64,000 nucleotides of DNA from Ostreococcus lucimarinus (Eukaryota). Shown here one piece after another: positions 38,228 through 49,604 of this stretch. Position 1 is the stretch's first letter, and each line of letters opens with the position of its first letter. The position numbers and the translations under genes were made by a program. The stretch lies in assembly GCA_000092065.1 (NCBI GenBank), contig CP000589.1, one strand, 5' to 3'. The notes under the pieces are model-generated. The model had not been told where the DNA came from. It saw nothing but the letters and a program-made list of their open reading frames with translations, and ran no database searches.

Positions 38228-38587
38228 GACGGGGCGTCGGCGCGCGCGTCGCGGTGTGGCGACGCGCGACGCGCGCGCGTCGCGTCGGCGCCGAGGCGCG
38301 TCGAAATGCCCTCCGGCGCCTCCCGGCGCGAAGGCGTCGGAATCGACGCGCGCGCGGTGGACGCGCGCGACGACGGCGTGGGAATCCAACCGACACTTCA
38401 CGACGCGCGGCTCGCGCGGCGCATGCGCGCGCGCGCGCCCTCGTCGACGGCCTCGATCGCGGCGCATCGAACGCGCACTACTACACCGGCGCCGACGCGC
38501 CGACGCGTCGCGAGACGCGCGGAAACGACGACGGCGCGCGCGGACGAGACGCGCGCGAGAGGTCGAGACGGTCGACGAGACGGCGGG

Positions 38588-41526
38588 ATGACGAGACGCG
38601 CGCCGAGCGTCGCGCGCGCGCGTCGACGCGGCGGCGGCGGTCTGTGCGGGCTGGGCGCGACGTCGTCCCGCGCGGTTTCGAAGGATTCCGTCATCTTCAC
38701 GTTCGAGCGCGGTCGCGCGGACGGTGCGCGCGCGCGTCGCGCGTCGGGAGCGAACGAGACCGCGCGAACGAGACTGCGCGCGCGTCGCGCGTCGGGAGCG
38801 AACGAGACTGACGCGCCGCGTTCGCAGGTTCCAAGGACATGAAAGAGCTGCTCGGTAGCAAGGGCAGCGGGTTGGCGGAGATGGCGAGATTAGGTTTGCG
38901 CGTTCCCGCGGGTTTCACCGTCTCGACGCGGTGCTGCGAGCGTTACGAGCAGTCGGGAATGGACTTCGTGCGTCGGGAGCTCTGGGAAGAAGTTTTGGAC
39001 GGCGTCGCGTTCATCGAGAAGACGACGAAGCGGACGGTGTTTCGATCCGGGTGCTCGTTGGTAGCCGCGCCGCCGCTGTTGCTGAGCGTTCGATCGGGCG
39101 CGGCGGCGAGCATGCCGGGGCAGATGGACACGGTGTTGAATCTCGGGATGAACGACGAGTGCGCGCAAGCGTGCGTGAACGCCGGGTTCGATGCGCGATG
39201 GGTCTACGATTCGTACCGCCGTTTGATCTCGATGTTCGGCGACGTCGTCGAACATCTTCCGAAACAAGATTTTGAACGCGCGCTCACGAAGGCGAAGGAA
39301 ACGAATAACGCTCGTTACGACACCGAACTCGACGCCGAGGCGCTGAAACTGCTTTGCGGGGAATTCAAAGACATCTACGCGAAGCACGGCAAAGTCTTCG
39401 AGCAGGACGCGATGAAACAGTTGGAACAGAGTGTCGTCGCGGTTCTTGAATCGTGGAACACGCCGCGCGCGGTCGAGTATCGCGAAATCAATCGCATCAC
39501 TGGTCTTCGCGGCACGGCGGTAAACGTACAGCAGATGGTTTTCGGGAACATCAACGACAATTCCGGCGCCGGCGTGTGCTTCACGCGCAATCCGGCTGAC
39601 GGCGCGGATGAGACGTACGGTGAGTACCTCGCGCAATCGCAAGGAGAAGACGTCGTCTCGGGCGTGCGGACACCGATGGGGCTGAAAGCTATGGCGGAAT
39701 CGCAACCGAAGGCGGCGGAAGAGCTCGAATCGGTGTGCGACGCGCTCGAGGACGATTTCAAAGACATGTTAGACATCGAGTTTACGATCGAAGATGGCGA
39801 GCTTTACATTTTGCAATGTCGTGTCGGCAAAAGAACGGGAACGGCGGGCGTGCGAATCGCAACGGAGATGTTTGCGGAGGGAATCATTTCAAAAGATGAA
39901 GCACTCATGAAAGTCAACGCGCAAAGTCTCGAGCAGGTTCTGCATCCAGTTTTTCTTCTCGACGCCGCGTCGCCGGATTACTCGTCGAAAATCGTCGCCA
40001 GCGGTTTACCCGCGTCTCCAGGCGCGGCCGTCGGTCGAATCGTGTTTTCTTCCAAGGAAGCGAAAGAGTACAAATCACAAGGGAAACCGTGCATTCTGGT
40101 GAGGGAAGAGACGAGCGCAGACGACATAGGAGGCATGTACGCGGCGGAAGGCATTTTGACCGCGCGGGGAGGGATGACATCGCACGCCGCCGTCGTCGCT
40201 CGGGGATGGGGCAAGCCGTGCGTGAGCGGATGTGGCGCCATCAGCTTTAAGAATGATCGCGAGATTCGCTTCGGGACGAGCGATCGCACGTATCGCGCCG
40301 GTCACACGATTTCCATCAACGGCGCGACCGGTGAGGTGATCGACGCAGAACTCGCGGTGGCGCCGAGCACGATTGACACTTTCTTACCTCTCAAGACTCT
40401 GATGCACTGGGCCGATGAGAAGCGCCGTGTTGAGATCCGAGCCAACGCGGACACGCCCGAGGACGCGGCGGCGGCGATTCGCAACGGCGCGAAGGGCATC
40501 GGATTGGTTCGCACAGAACACATGTTCTTCTCATCGACCGAACGCGTGCACGCAATTCGCGAGTTTATCATCGCGCAAGATGAGCAAGCGCAAAAGGTGG
40601 CGCTCGAAAAGTTGGAAAAGTTTCAGTACGAAGATTTCAAAGGAATTCTGAAATCTGCCGGGGGCTTTCCCGTGACGATGCGCTTGATCGATCCACCTCT
40701 TCACGAATTCTTGCCGTCCCGCGAAAAACTGCGCGAAGGAGCGGCGAACGAAATGTCCAAGTACATTCACGGAAAATCAGCGCACGACATCATCGAAATC
40801 GCGGAGAGCATGCGCGAGCACAACCCAATGCTTGGTTTCCGCGGCTGCCGATTAGGATGCGTCAAGCCTCGCATTACGCGCATGCAAGTCCACGCGTTTT
40901 GTCGAGCCGCGATCGATCTCATCGCCGAGGGCGTGCCCGTGGAACCTGAAATCATGGTCCCGCTCGTGAGCACAGTGGAGGAGTTTCACAACCAACGGGA
41001 TTTGATCTGGGATGTCATACGAGATCTCGGGCGCGAAAATCAGGCTCCGCCGATGCGCGTGCAAGTCGGCGCCATGATCGAAACTCCGCGAAGCGCGCTC
41101 ATCGCCGGCGAGCTCACGCGCGCAGGCGCCAGCTTCTTCTCTTTCGGCACAAATGATCTCACGCAAATGACGTACGGATTCTCCCGCGACGATAGCGACG
41201 CCTTCGTCAAGCCTTACAAAGACATGGGCATTCTCCAAAGCGACCCGTTCGAGATTCTGGACACCGTCGGCGTGCGCGAACTCATCTCCATCGCCGCCGA
41301 ACGCGCGCGCGCCGTGCGCCCGGACGTCGAGCTCGGGATATGTGGCGAGCACGGCGGTGATCCAAAGTCTTTAGTCACCATCGACGCGCTGGACTTGGAC
41401 TACGCCTCGTGTTCGCCGTCGCGCGTGCTCGTCGCGCGCCTCGCCGCCGCGCAAGCCGCCGTCGGCGGCGCGCCGTCCAAACAGCGAAAGCGCGCCGCGC
41501 GCTCGCACGCCTCCCCAGCCGCGTGA
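38588..41526 (+). CDS. PPDK: Pyruvate, phosphate dikinase; exon 1 38588..38723, exon 2 38828..41526
   Basis: Exon 2: MKELLGSKGSGLAEMARLGLRVPAGFTVST...SVRSGAAASMPGQMDTVLNLG...TARGGMTSHAAVVARGWGKPCVSGC...GLVRTEHMFF...ICGEHGG...CSPSRVLVARLAAAQA. Exon 1 (MTRRAPSV...SKDSVIFTFERGRADG) joins to give FTFERGRADGSKDMKELLG, the same length as plant FTFGKGKSEGNKTMKELLG. The ORF-track start is the internal Met. Confidence 0.9.
38724..38827 (+). other. Proposed 5' intron of PPDK (104 nt) containing a 2 x ~30-bp direct repeat
   Basis: Donor GAC G|GTGCGC at 38724, CTGAC at 38810-38814, acceptor TTCGCAG at 38825-38827. An in-frame TGA at 38806-38808 would otherwise stop the upstream reading. GCGCGTCGCGCGTCGGGAGCGAACGAGAC occurs twice at ~38733-38808. 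Confidence 0.55.
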
Positions 41527-41581
41527 TCCACCCTTACACTTTAGATTTTACGCTTTTACGACGCCATCACGTTTCTTCGTC

Positions 41582-41617
41582 CGTCGAATCGTCGAATCGT
41601 CGAGTCGTCGAGTCGTC
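41582..41617. repeat. Hexamer tandem repeat (CGTCGARTx6) between the PPDK stop and the CLC start
   Basis: Seen directly: cgtcgaatcgtcgaatcgtcgagtcgtcgagtcgtc, just downstream of an AT-richer stretch (ttagattttacgcttttacg). Confidence 0.8.
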
Positions 41618-41725
41618 TCGCCGCGGCCACCTGGCGCCAACGACCACATGACGACAGTGTTCATCGGGTCGCGTCACACCGCGGCGCGCGTCCGCCGACG
41701 CGCGGCCGCGTGAGAAACGCGCGCG

Positions 41726-44527
41726 ATGGAGAGCTTCCACGAGCACTCCTACGAGCTCTCGCGCCTGGCGCGCGGTGAAAGCAGCGCCGACGTCGCGCGC
41801 GCCAAAGATGATTTCCAAGCGACGTCGCCCGCGAATTACGTCCCCACGCGCGCCGAACTCGTCGGAGGCGTCGTCGGAGGCTCGGAAACCGACGCCACGC
41901 ACCTGCGTTTGCAACGCATGGCGGCGTTCGAGTCGCACGATTACGACCCGATCGATAACGATCTCGAGGAGGACGCGCTGCGGGGACGCACGCGAGAAGA
42001 CTATAAACGCGAGCGAGCGTGGAAGTGGGCGACGAGCGTGATGATCGGTGCGGTGATGGGAATCGTGGCGTTCGTGATCGATGGATTGGTGGATAAGCTG
42101 AATTTGTTTCGGTACGGGGTGATCGGAGATAAGGTTGGGACGGACGGATACGCGCGGTTCGTCGCGTGGTTGCTGCACGCGGTGGTGAGCTGCGCGTTCG
42201 CGGCTGTCGCGGGAGGGCTGGTGTCGTACGTGGAACCGCTCGCCGCGGGATCGGGGATCCCGGAGTTGAAGACATACTTGAACGGCGTCCACCTCAAGGG
42301 GCTTTTGCGGTTGAAGACGGTGGTGGCGAAGCTGGGGGGGATTTCGTTTAGCATCGGCGCGGGATTAATCGCGGGCAAGGAGGGACCGTTCGTGCACGGA
42401 GGTGGGTTAGTCGGGGGTGGGTTGAGCGCGTTCGGGTCAAACACGCTCGGCTTCAAATTGAAATATCCCGCGTGGTTCCGAGATGATCGACATAAACGGG
42501 ACTTTGTCGCCATCGGCACCGCCACAGGCGTGGCGGTGGCGTTCGCCGCGCCCATCGGCGGCATGTTGTTCACCGTGGAGGAGGGTGCGAGTTTTTACAA
42601 CTCGGACATGTTATGGCGCGGGTTTTTAGCGACGTGCACGGGCGTGCTCACGATGCACTGGCTTGAACAGCTCGATTTCGACGCCGGAGACTTCGCGCGC
42701 GCGCGGTTCGGCACCCATCGCGACTTTGGATTGTACACGGACAGCGAGGCGGATTACTCAAAGAATTATTGGTGGTACTTTTGGGAGGTACCGATTTTCA
42801 TCGCCATGGGTGTGTGCGGTGGTTTACTCGGCGCTGCGTTCGTGAACTTGAACGTGAAAATCACGCAGTGGCGCGCCAAGTACATTCCCGTGACGGATCG
42901 GAGAAAGCGCTTGCTCGAAGTGATCGCCATTGCGGGGATCACGTCGACGCTATTTTTCTTCTTCATGTCCGTGTCGCCGTGTAAGGATATCCCTCTGCCG
43001 TTGCGAGCTGGGACGGCGGACAGTCTCGACGACATGTCCAATTCGAGCTTTGAGTACGGGGTGGAGACGAGAGACGAGATTCGCAACGATTTCTTCAAGC
43101 AGCTGTATTGCCCGGATGGTCAATACTCGGTGTACGGGCAATTATTTTACAACCCACTGGCGACGTCGTTCAAGTTTTTGCTCCATCTCGGCGAAGTCGG
43201 CGAGTTTGGCGGTGACAGTGCGCACCCTTTCCCGATCGGTGCGTTGATATGGTACTTCCTCTTGACGTTCTGTTTGATGACGGTGACGTACGGCATCGGA
43301 GCCCCGACGGGGCTCTTCGTGCCGTCGCTCGCCGTCGGGGCTTCTTTCGGTCAACTCTGCGGACGCGTGGTGGCACACATCGCCGCTTCGCGAGGAAGCG
43401 ATGTGAAGATTAACTTGCACGCCTACGCCATCATCGGCGCGGCGGCAAATCTCGGCGGGGCGACGAGAATGACCATTTCGATCACCGTTTTAGTCATGGA
43501 AACGACGGGTTCGATGCAGTTAATTATTCCACTCATGTTGACGATTTTCACCGCCAAGGCCGTGGGTGATCGATACGGGCACGGCATTTACGACACGCAC
43601 ATCAAAATCCGCGGAGCGCCGTTCTTGGAAGAGCCCGAGCTCGCTGGACCGACTGGAGACAAGCTTCGAGTGAACGAAGTCATGAGCGACGAGTTGGTGA
43701 CGCTTCAGCCCGTGATGCGCGTGAAGGATTTGCTACAGATCCTCACTCAAACCCCGCACGGGGCGTATCCAGTGACCGAACACCCGCCCGCGTACGCGGG
43801 CGAAGATTTCGAGCTGCACGGCTCCATCACGAGGAATCTGTTGCTCAAGATGCTCCTGCACAGAATTTCCTTCGTCGACGCGAGCGGCGGTGGACGCGTG
43901 GGCGGAGACAATCTGTTCACCAACCCGCGCGAACGCGACGATTTGCTCGAGCAATTGAAGCAAATTCCGTTCAAAGTGCCGAGCGCGCGCGAGGTGGCCC
44001 ATCGCGTGTCGGAAGAAGACATTCGCACGATGTCCGTCGACTTGCGAAGTTTCATGCAGCGCCACCCGTTCCTCGTGCACGCCGACGCGCGCGTCAGCCG
44101 CGCCTACCGTCAATTCCGAACGATGGGTTTGCGTCACATGTACGTCATGCCTTCCCGCCCTCGCGTCGTCGGCTTGCTCACGCGCAAAGACATCATTCAA
44201 GAGCGCACGAGCCTGACGTTGGGCTTGTACGCGCGCGGCTTGGCGCGTCCGCCCGCGCGACCCGTCTCCCGCACGTCGGAGCCCCCCCACGACGCTCGCG
44301 ACGCCGCCGTCGCGTCCACCGCCACCGCCCTCACCCCGAGCGCCGCCATCGACGACGACGACGACGCCAAGCTCCCCTACATTCCCTACTACGCCAACAA
44401 CTCGGCGACGACGGACGACGGCGACGACGCCGCCGCGAGCGCTCGCGCGTCCCACGCTTCCGACCTCGACGCCGCGCGCGCGTCCAACCCATTCATCGAC
44501 GCCGCGTCGACGCTCCGTCGTCGATGA
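41726..44527 (+). CDS. CLC-family chloride channel / Cl-/H+ antiporter with C-terminal CBS pair
   Basis: GSGIPE (41726-ORF residues ~185), GKEGPFVH (gating Glu present), GAPTGLFVPSL, GAAANLGGATRMTIS. Two CBS-like segments follow (VMSDELVTL..., RHMYVMP...VGLLTRKDI). Real ATG at 41726. Confidence 0.9.
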   Translation: MESFHEHSYELSRLARGESSADVARAKDDFQATSPANYVPTRAELVGGVVGGSETDATHLRLQRMAAFESHDYDPIDNDLEEDALRGRTREDYKRERAWKWATSVMIGAVMGIVAFVIDGLVDKLNLFRYGVIGDKVGTDGYARFVAWLLHAVVSCAFAAVAGGLVSYVEPLAAGSGIPELKTYLNGVHLKGLLRLKTVVAKLGGISFSIGAGLIAGKEGPFVHGGGLVGGGLSAFGSNTLGFKLKYPAWFRDDRHKRDFVAIGTATGVAVAFAAPIGGMLFTVEEGASFYNSDMLWRGFLATCTGVLTMHWLEQLDFDAGDFARARFGTHRDFGLYTDSEADYSKNYWWYFWEVPIFIAMGVCGGLLGAAFVNLNVKITQWRAKYIPVTDRRKRLLEVIAIAGITSTLFFFFMSVSPCKDIPLPLRAGTADSLDDMSNSSFEYGVETRDEIRNDFFKQLYCPDGQYSVYGQLFYNPLATSFKFLLHLGEVGEFGGDSAHPFPIGALIWYFLLTFCLMTVTYGIGAPTGLFVPSLAVGASFGQLCGRVVAHIAASRGSDVKINLHAYAIIGAAANLGGATRMTISITVLVMETTGSMQLIIPLMLTIFTAKAVGDRYGHGIYDTHIKIRGAPFLEEPELAGPTGDKLRVNEVMSDELVTLQPVMRVKDLLQILTQTPHGAYPVTEHPPAYAGEDFELHGSITRNLLLKMLLHRISFVDASGGGRVGGDNLFTNPRERDDLLEQLKQIPFKVPSAREVAHRVSEEDIRTMSVDLRSFMQRHPFLVHADARVSRAYRQFRTMGLRHMYVMPSRPRVVGLLTRKDIIQERTSLTLGLYARGLARPPARPVSRTSEPPHDARDAAVASTATALTPSAAIDDDDDAKLPYIPYYANNSATTDDGDDAAASARASHASDLDAARASNPFIDAASTLRRR

Positions 44528-44705
44528 GCGTCGAGAATAGCGCGCATCAGCATCGTTGTAACGCCGCGCGTTCGCGTCTCGCGTCTCGCGTCTCGCCTCG
44601 GCGCTCAAACTCAAAACCCTAACCGGCTGACGTGGTCGACGCGTGTCGTTTCTCCGGCGTCAAATCGCCCCTCGCACAACGGCGCGCTTTGACGCGTCGC
44701 GCGCG

Positions 44706-46150
44706 ATGGGGGCGTACCTCAGCCAACCGGTCACGCGCAAGGACTCCACCGACGGCGCCGACGCGCGCTTCGCGTACGGCACGACCGCGATGCAGGGGTG
44801 GCGAACGAACATGGAGGTGCGACGACGACGAGATGACGCGGACGCGACGACGCGACGACGACGGCGCGCGCGTCGTCGCGACGAGCGGCGAACGCGACGA
44901 CGACGGACGCGCGATGGGAAAGAAACGCGACGCGACGACGCGCGCGCGCGAGCGATGGAGACGACGACGCGCGAGGGACGGCGAAAGAGCGCGACGGCGG
45001 GGACGACGACGACCTGGCGAAGACGCGAGGCGGAGGCGCGAAAGCGGAGGGACTGACGAGCGCGCGACGCGCGATGAAACAGGACGCGCACGCGACGATA
45101 TTGGATTTGGACGCGGATACGGCGTTTTTTGCGGTGTTCGATGGACACGGGGGGAAGGAGGTGGCGATGTACGCGGCGAAGCGCCTGCACGAGACGCTGA
45201 AGGAGACGGAGAGCTACGTCGCGGGGGACGTCGCGAGAGGATTGGAGGAGAGTTTTCTCGCGCTCGACCGGAAAATGCTGGCGAAGGAGGCGGCGGGAGA
45301 GTTGAAGGCGTTCAGGGCGGGCGGAGAAAAGGACGATTCGAGCGGGTTCGGGGGATTGCTGGGGGACGGCGCGAGCGCCGAGGAGCAAAAGAATCGGCGA
45401 GCGGAGATCAACGCCAAGCTTCGCGCGGCGTTGATCGAACAGGTCAAGGAGTCCAACCCGGACATCGATGAAAATGATATTAAATTTGATTTTGAATTGG
45501 AGGATGGAGATTTTAACGAAATTGCGAGCTCGAGCGGCGGCGACGGCGCCGACGACGCCTCGCACGAAAATTGGACGGGCCCGCAAGCGGGCGCGACCTC
45601 GGTCGTGGTGTGCGTTCGCGGTGACAAGGTGTATTGCGCCAACGCCGGGGACTCTCGAGCGGTATTCTCGCGGAAAGGCGGCGAGGCTGTCGAGATGAGT
45701 GAGGACCACAAACCGATGAATGACGGCGAGCGCAAGCGCATCATAAACGCGGGCGGTTTCGTCAGCGAAGGACGAGTCAACGGCTCGTTGGCACTGTCTC
45801 GCGCGTTGGGAGACTTTGAGTACAAGATGAACAAAGAGCTCGACGAAAAGCAGCAAGCGGTGACGGCGTTTCCGGAGATTAGAGAATTCCAACTGCAAGA
45901 GGGCGATGAGTTCATGATTCTCGCGTGCGACGGCATTTGGGATGTCATGTCGTCGCAAGAGTGCGTGAATTTCGTGAGAGAGCGACTCGTTGCGAAGCTC
46001 AAGTCGGGCGAGAGCGACTTGAAACTGAGTCAAATATGCGAGGAGCTTTGCGACAGGTGTCTGGCGCCCGACACCAGAGGCTCGGGCCTGGGATGCGATA
46101 ACATGAGCGTCGTCGTCGTCCTACTGAAGAAATTTTGTTCGATTGCGTGA
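44706..46150 (+). CDS. PPM-type protein phosphatase 2C with acidic insert (PPM1G-like); exon 1 44706..44816, exon 2 45083..46150
   Basis: Exon 1 MGAYLSQPVTRKDSTDGADARFAYGTTAMQGWRTNME. Exon 2 DAHATILDLDADTAFFAVFDGHGG...VCVRGDKVYCANAGDSRAVFSRKG...LSEDHKP...GSLALSRALGDFEYK...DEFMILACDGIWDVM. The junction TNME|DAHA matches the PP2C consensus MEDAH. Intron 44817-45082: donor GTGCGA, CTGAC at ~45052, acceptor AAACAG. Confidence 0.85.
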
Positions 46151-46224
46151 GCGAGCATCGAGCGGAAGGCGTAATCACGCGTAGACTTCTTAATACTGTT
46201 GTTGAAACCATACAAGTACTACTA

Positions 46225-46686
46225 CTACCGCACCCGCTCCTCGTCTCTCGCGTTCAACACGTCGACGCCTTCTCGCTCGAGCTCGTCCGCCAGAGCCATG
46301 ACGAGGGGTTTGTGGAACCGAGCGCGCGCGTTGATGAAGAAGTTGCCGATGGCAAACTCGCTCGACCCGATCTCGCGCGCCAACCGCCGCTTCTCCTCCC
46401 GCGTCGGGAACGGATGATCGAAATGGGCCAGTATCCACGACCGCAGCACTCGCTGCCCCTCCTTCGACCCGAGCCTTCGACGCCGCGGCTCGGCGTCCCT
46501 CGACGCGACGGCTCGCGCCTTCTCCGCCCGCAGTCGCGCCGACGCGAACGCCGCGCGAATCCCCGACCTCGCGCACTTCGTGATTCCCGACGGAAGCGTG
46601 AGCTCCATTTTCGCCCGCAGCGTCTCGAATCGCCGCTCGACGTCGTCCAGTCGCCGCTCGTACGCCGCGAGCGCGTCGTCGCGCAT
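46225..46686 (-). CDS. TALE-class homeodomain protein (small; KNOX/BELL-type atypical homeobox)
   Basis: KEGQRVLRSWILAHFDHPFPTREEKRRLAREIGSSEFAIGNFFINARARFHKP is the three-amino-acid-loop-extension homeodomain (compare LRSWLFEHFLHPYP...QVSNWFINARVRLWKP). Start placed at MRDDALAAYERRL (ATG 46684-46686). The ORF is open to 46914. Convergent with PP2C, 74 bp between stops. Confidence 0.65.
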   Translation of the reverse strand: MRDDALAAYERRLDDVERRFETLRAKMELTLPSGITKCARSGIRAAFASARLRAEKARAVASRDAEPRRRRLGSKEGQRVLRSWILAHFDHPFPTREEKRRLAREIGSSEFAIGNFFINARARFHKPLVMALADELEREGVDVLNARDEERVR

Positions 46687-47004
46687 GTCGCGTCGAGTGT
46701 CGATTTGAGTCCTCGAGCGGCGCGCGCGACGCCACTCGGCGACGTCCCTCGGCGACGATCGCGCGCGACGAGCGTCTCGCGCGCTTGATCGAGCGTTTCC
46801 CGCGCGGTCCTCACGCGCGCTCCCGCGCGTCGTCGCGCGTCGTCGTGTGTCGAGTCGAGCGTTGTGAAAAAGGTGTTCAGTGTTGGCGTCGCGCGCGCGC
46901 GGCATCGACACCATCTCGCGACGCGCGCGACCGCGCGCGACGGTCGATCGCTCGAACGCCGAGTCTCGCGCGCGAACGGACGCGACGCGACCGCGGTACG
47001 GTCG

Positions 47005-47036
<32 letters not shown>

Positions 47037-47063
47037 GAGACGGAGACTCGACTCAACACTAAA

Positions 47064-49565
47064 ATGTTGAGCGGCGCGCCGATCGACGGCGCGCGACGCG
47101 AGGCGAAGGGCTCGAACGACGTCGCGACGGGACGACGCGATGGGAAGGATTTGGACATGTCGCCGGTGCGAGCGTCGACGAAGCTGGCGACGCGGGCGCG
47201 GTACGCGGCGATCGACGAGGACGCGGGCGAGGAGGACGCGGCGAGCTTCGTCGACGCGGATGATCGAATGCCGTTCGGTCGCGCGAGTGATTTCCCGCCG
47301 TCTTACGGCGAGGCGAAGGCGTTGAAACGCGTTGAGGGCGAGGCGTCGGTGAGCGGGGAGCCGTCGAGCGAGGAGGAGGATCTCGAGGCGGCGACGCCGA
47401 GGGACGAACTCGGATTTGAAGTTCCGGAGAGTCTGCGGGAGACGCACGAGGCGCGACGCGCGGTGCGCGCGGATCACAGGATTCGACAGATGGAATATTT
47501 AGAGGTGTATCGGAACGTACCGGAGAAGCAGAGGGGCGTGGGCGGAGACGCGTGTTTGGCGCTCGCGGTGAATGGAATTCATCCGGACCACCGCGCGGAG
47601 ATTTGGGCGGAAAAGCTCAAGGCGCATGTGAAGCAGTACTCGAGTTCGCATTCGTTTTATCAGTACTTGGAACTCGGGCAGGCGTCGTTGAGCGACGCCG
47701 AGCGAGAGCTCATCGAGGGTGACGTGCGCGCGGCGTGCCCGACGCATCCACTGCTTCGCTCGGATGTCGCGGAATCGACGTCCAGATCGACGTCTTCGTC
47801 TTTCACGCACGCGTTCGCGAACACGGCGAGCGAGGGGTTCGTGCTCGGTGGAAAGGGCGTCGCATTTCAAGATTTCCCTAGGACGCTGATAAACATATTG
47901 ATAGCCGCCGCCGAGCGGAGTCCGCACGGGTACTGCTCAGGATTCGTCGTTCCCGCCGCCGTGATGCTGTTGCTCACCGAAGACGAAGAGGCGTCGTTTT
48001 GGATGCTCGCTGGGTTCACGGAAGACGTGCTGTCGAGCGTCATCTCGCGCTCGTGCATAAATCTGTACGCCGAAGCCAAGTACATCGACTTGGACGTCAT
48101 GCTCCACGAACCCGAATTGGCGGCGCATTTGAACGAAGGCGACTGCCGACCGAGCGTCGTCGTCGCCGGCTTGCTCACGCGCGTGGGCTTGGGCGTTCTT
48201 CCCACCGAAAGCGTGCTTCGATTGTGGGACGCGCTCATTCTTGAAGGCGGCCAGGTACTGGCACCGTTTAGCATTTTGGTGATGAAGGCTGCGAAGGAGC
48301 AGCTTCTCGCCGCCGCCGTCGGCGACCTGTGCGAGACGTTTGACGCCGAGGCGGCGCGGATGCACGACGTCGGCGATACTTTGATGGACGCCATCGTCGC
48401 CTCGAGGGAAATGAGTTCAAAATTTGACTCATTGAGCATAAGATTGGGCGAACGCGAGGTCACTGCGGATGTGTTGAACAATCTCTTCAACTTTAGAGAC
48501 GTCGTACGTTCGCTCTCAGAGAGCGCCGGCCCGGAGGGCATCGGGCGACAGGAAATCATCACTCGCGAAGAGCTTGAGGAGGTCGTGTGCGCGACGTACT
48601 GCCTCGAGCAGTTCACCGACGTGGACACGGCGGTCGACAAAAAGTACCAGAGTCGTGAGTTGCTCATGGCGTACGATTTAGCCGTGCGTCACAAAGAAGA
48701 GCTCAAGACGAAGGGCTTGCGCTTCGACGAGTTCATGAAAGTGTTACGCGTCAAGTCGAGCACGTCGAGCAAGCTGAAGATGCTCGCGGTAAAGGGTGAC
48801 ACCGTGGAAGCGCGGGTGAAGAATTTCATCATCGGTGAGACGAACGACGGTATGCCTACCGAAAAGTCGGTCAAGTTGGCGCTCTTTGTCGCCAACGGCG
48901 TCATTCCCACGCAGCGCCTGAGCAGCGCGCCGGTGGAGAGCAAGATTTTGAACGGACTCGCTTCGAGCGAAAATTGGTACTGCGAGATGCGCATGAACGC
49001 CCGCGCGGCGTTAATTCTCGCAAATTTCGCCATTCCGCTCTTCATAACCGAAGACGCCGTCCCGAGCATGGAACGCGACGACGCGAGCGACTCGAAAGAC
49101 GCCTTTGACGTCTCGATCATCGCGTCCAAAGCGAAAGCGCTGGACGATTCTCCGCGCGCGTTCGGCGGTCTCGTGCCGCTCGCGCACACCGAGTATCACA
49201 TTCTCGTGCAAACGCGAGAAGGCCCGCCTCGAGTGGTGAAGAAACGCTTCAGCGACTTCAAATCGCTTCACGAAGAGCTCCGCAAAAGCGGATGCTACAA
49301 CGTCACTCGCGTCGCCGAAAACGCCATCGGCACCGACGCCGCGCTGAGCGTCGACCCACACGTCGTCGCCTCACGTTCGGTGAGCTTACAGCGATATCTC
49401 GATCAACTCAACGCGTGCGGCTTACCGAAAGTCCATCGCTTTTTGCGCGCGTTTCTCGGTTTGGACGAGCCCAAATCCCGAGTCTCGCGTCTGCGTTCGC
49501 TCTGCGCCGCGTGTTCGCCCGCGCGCATCGTCTGCGGTTTCACCGCTCGCGCGCGACGACGATAA
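47064..49565 (+). CDS. Rab-GAP/TBC-domain protein with C-terminal PX (phosphoinositide-binding) domain
   Basis: TBC-like core: VNGIHPDHRAEIWAEKL...PTESVLRLWDALILEGGQVLAPFSILVMKAAKEQLL. PX near the C-terminus: HTEYHILVQTREGPPRVVKKRFSDFKSLHEELRKSGCYNV...SVSLQRYLDQL. Start at AAAATGT context (47064). Confidence 0.5.
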   Translation: MLSGAPIDGARREAKGSNDVATGRRDGKDLDMSPVRASTKLATRARYAAIDEDAGEEDAASFVDADDRMPFGRASDFPPSYGEAKALKRVEGEASVSGEPSSEEEDLEAATPRDELGFEVPESLRETHEARRAVRADHRIRQMEYLEVYRNVPEKQRGVGGDACLALAVNGIHPDHRAEIWAEKLKAHVKQYSSSHSFYQYLELGQASLSDAERELIEGDVRAACPTHPLLRSDVAESTSRSTSSSFTHAFANTASEGFVLGGKGVAFQDFPRTLINILIAAAERSPHGYCSGFVVPAAVMLLLTEDEEASFWMLAGFTEDVLSSVISRSCINLYAEAKYIDLDVMLHEPELAAHLNEGDCRPSVVVAGLLTRVGLGVLPTESVLRLWDALILEGGQVLAPFSILVMKAAKEQLLAAAVGDLCETFDAEAARMHDVGDTLMDAIVASREMSSKFDSLSIRLGEREVTADVLNNLFNFRDVVRSLSESAGPEGIGRQEIITREELEEVVCATYCLEQFTDVDTAVDKKYQSRELLMAYDLAVRHKEELKTKGLRFDEFMKVLRVKSSTSSKLKMLAVKGDTVEARVKNFIIGETNDGMPTEKSVKLALFVANGVIPTQRLSSAPVESKILNGLASSENWYCEMRMNARAALILANFAIPLFITEDAVPSMERDDASDSKDAFDVSIIASKAKALDDSPRAFGGLVPLAHTEYHILVQTREGPPRVVKKRFSDFKSLHEELRKSGCYNVTRVAENAIGTDAALSVDPHVVASRSVSLQRYLDQLNACGLPKVHRFLRAFLGLDEPKSRVSRLRSLCAACSPARIVCGFTARARRR

Positions 49566-49604
49566 TGTACAACACTCTGCATCAATACAATCTCTGACGT
49601 CTAG

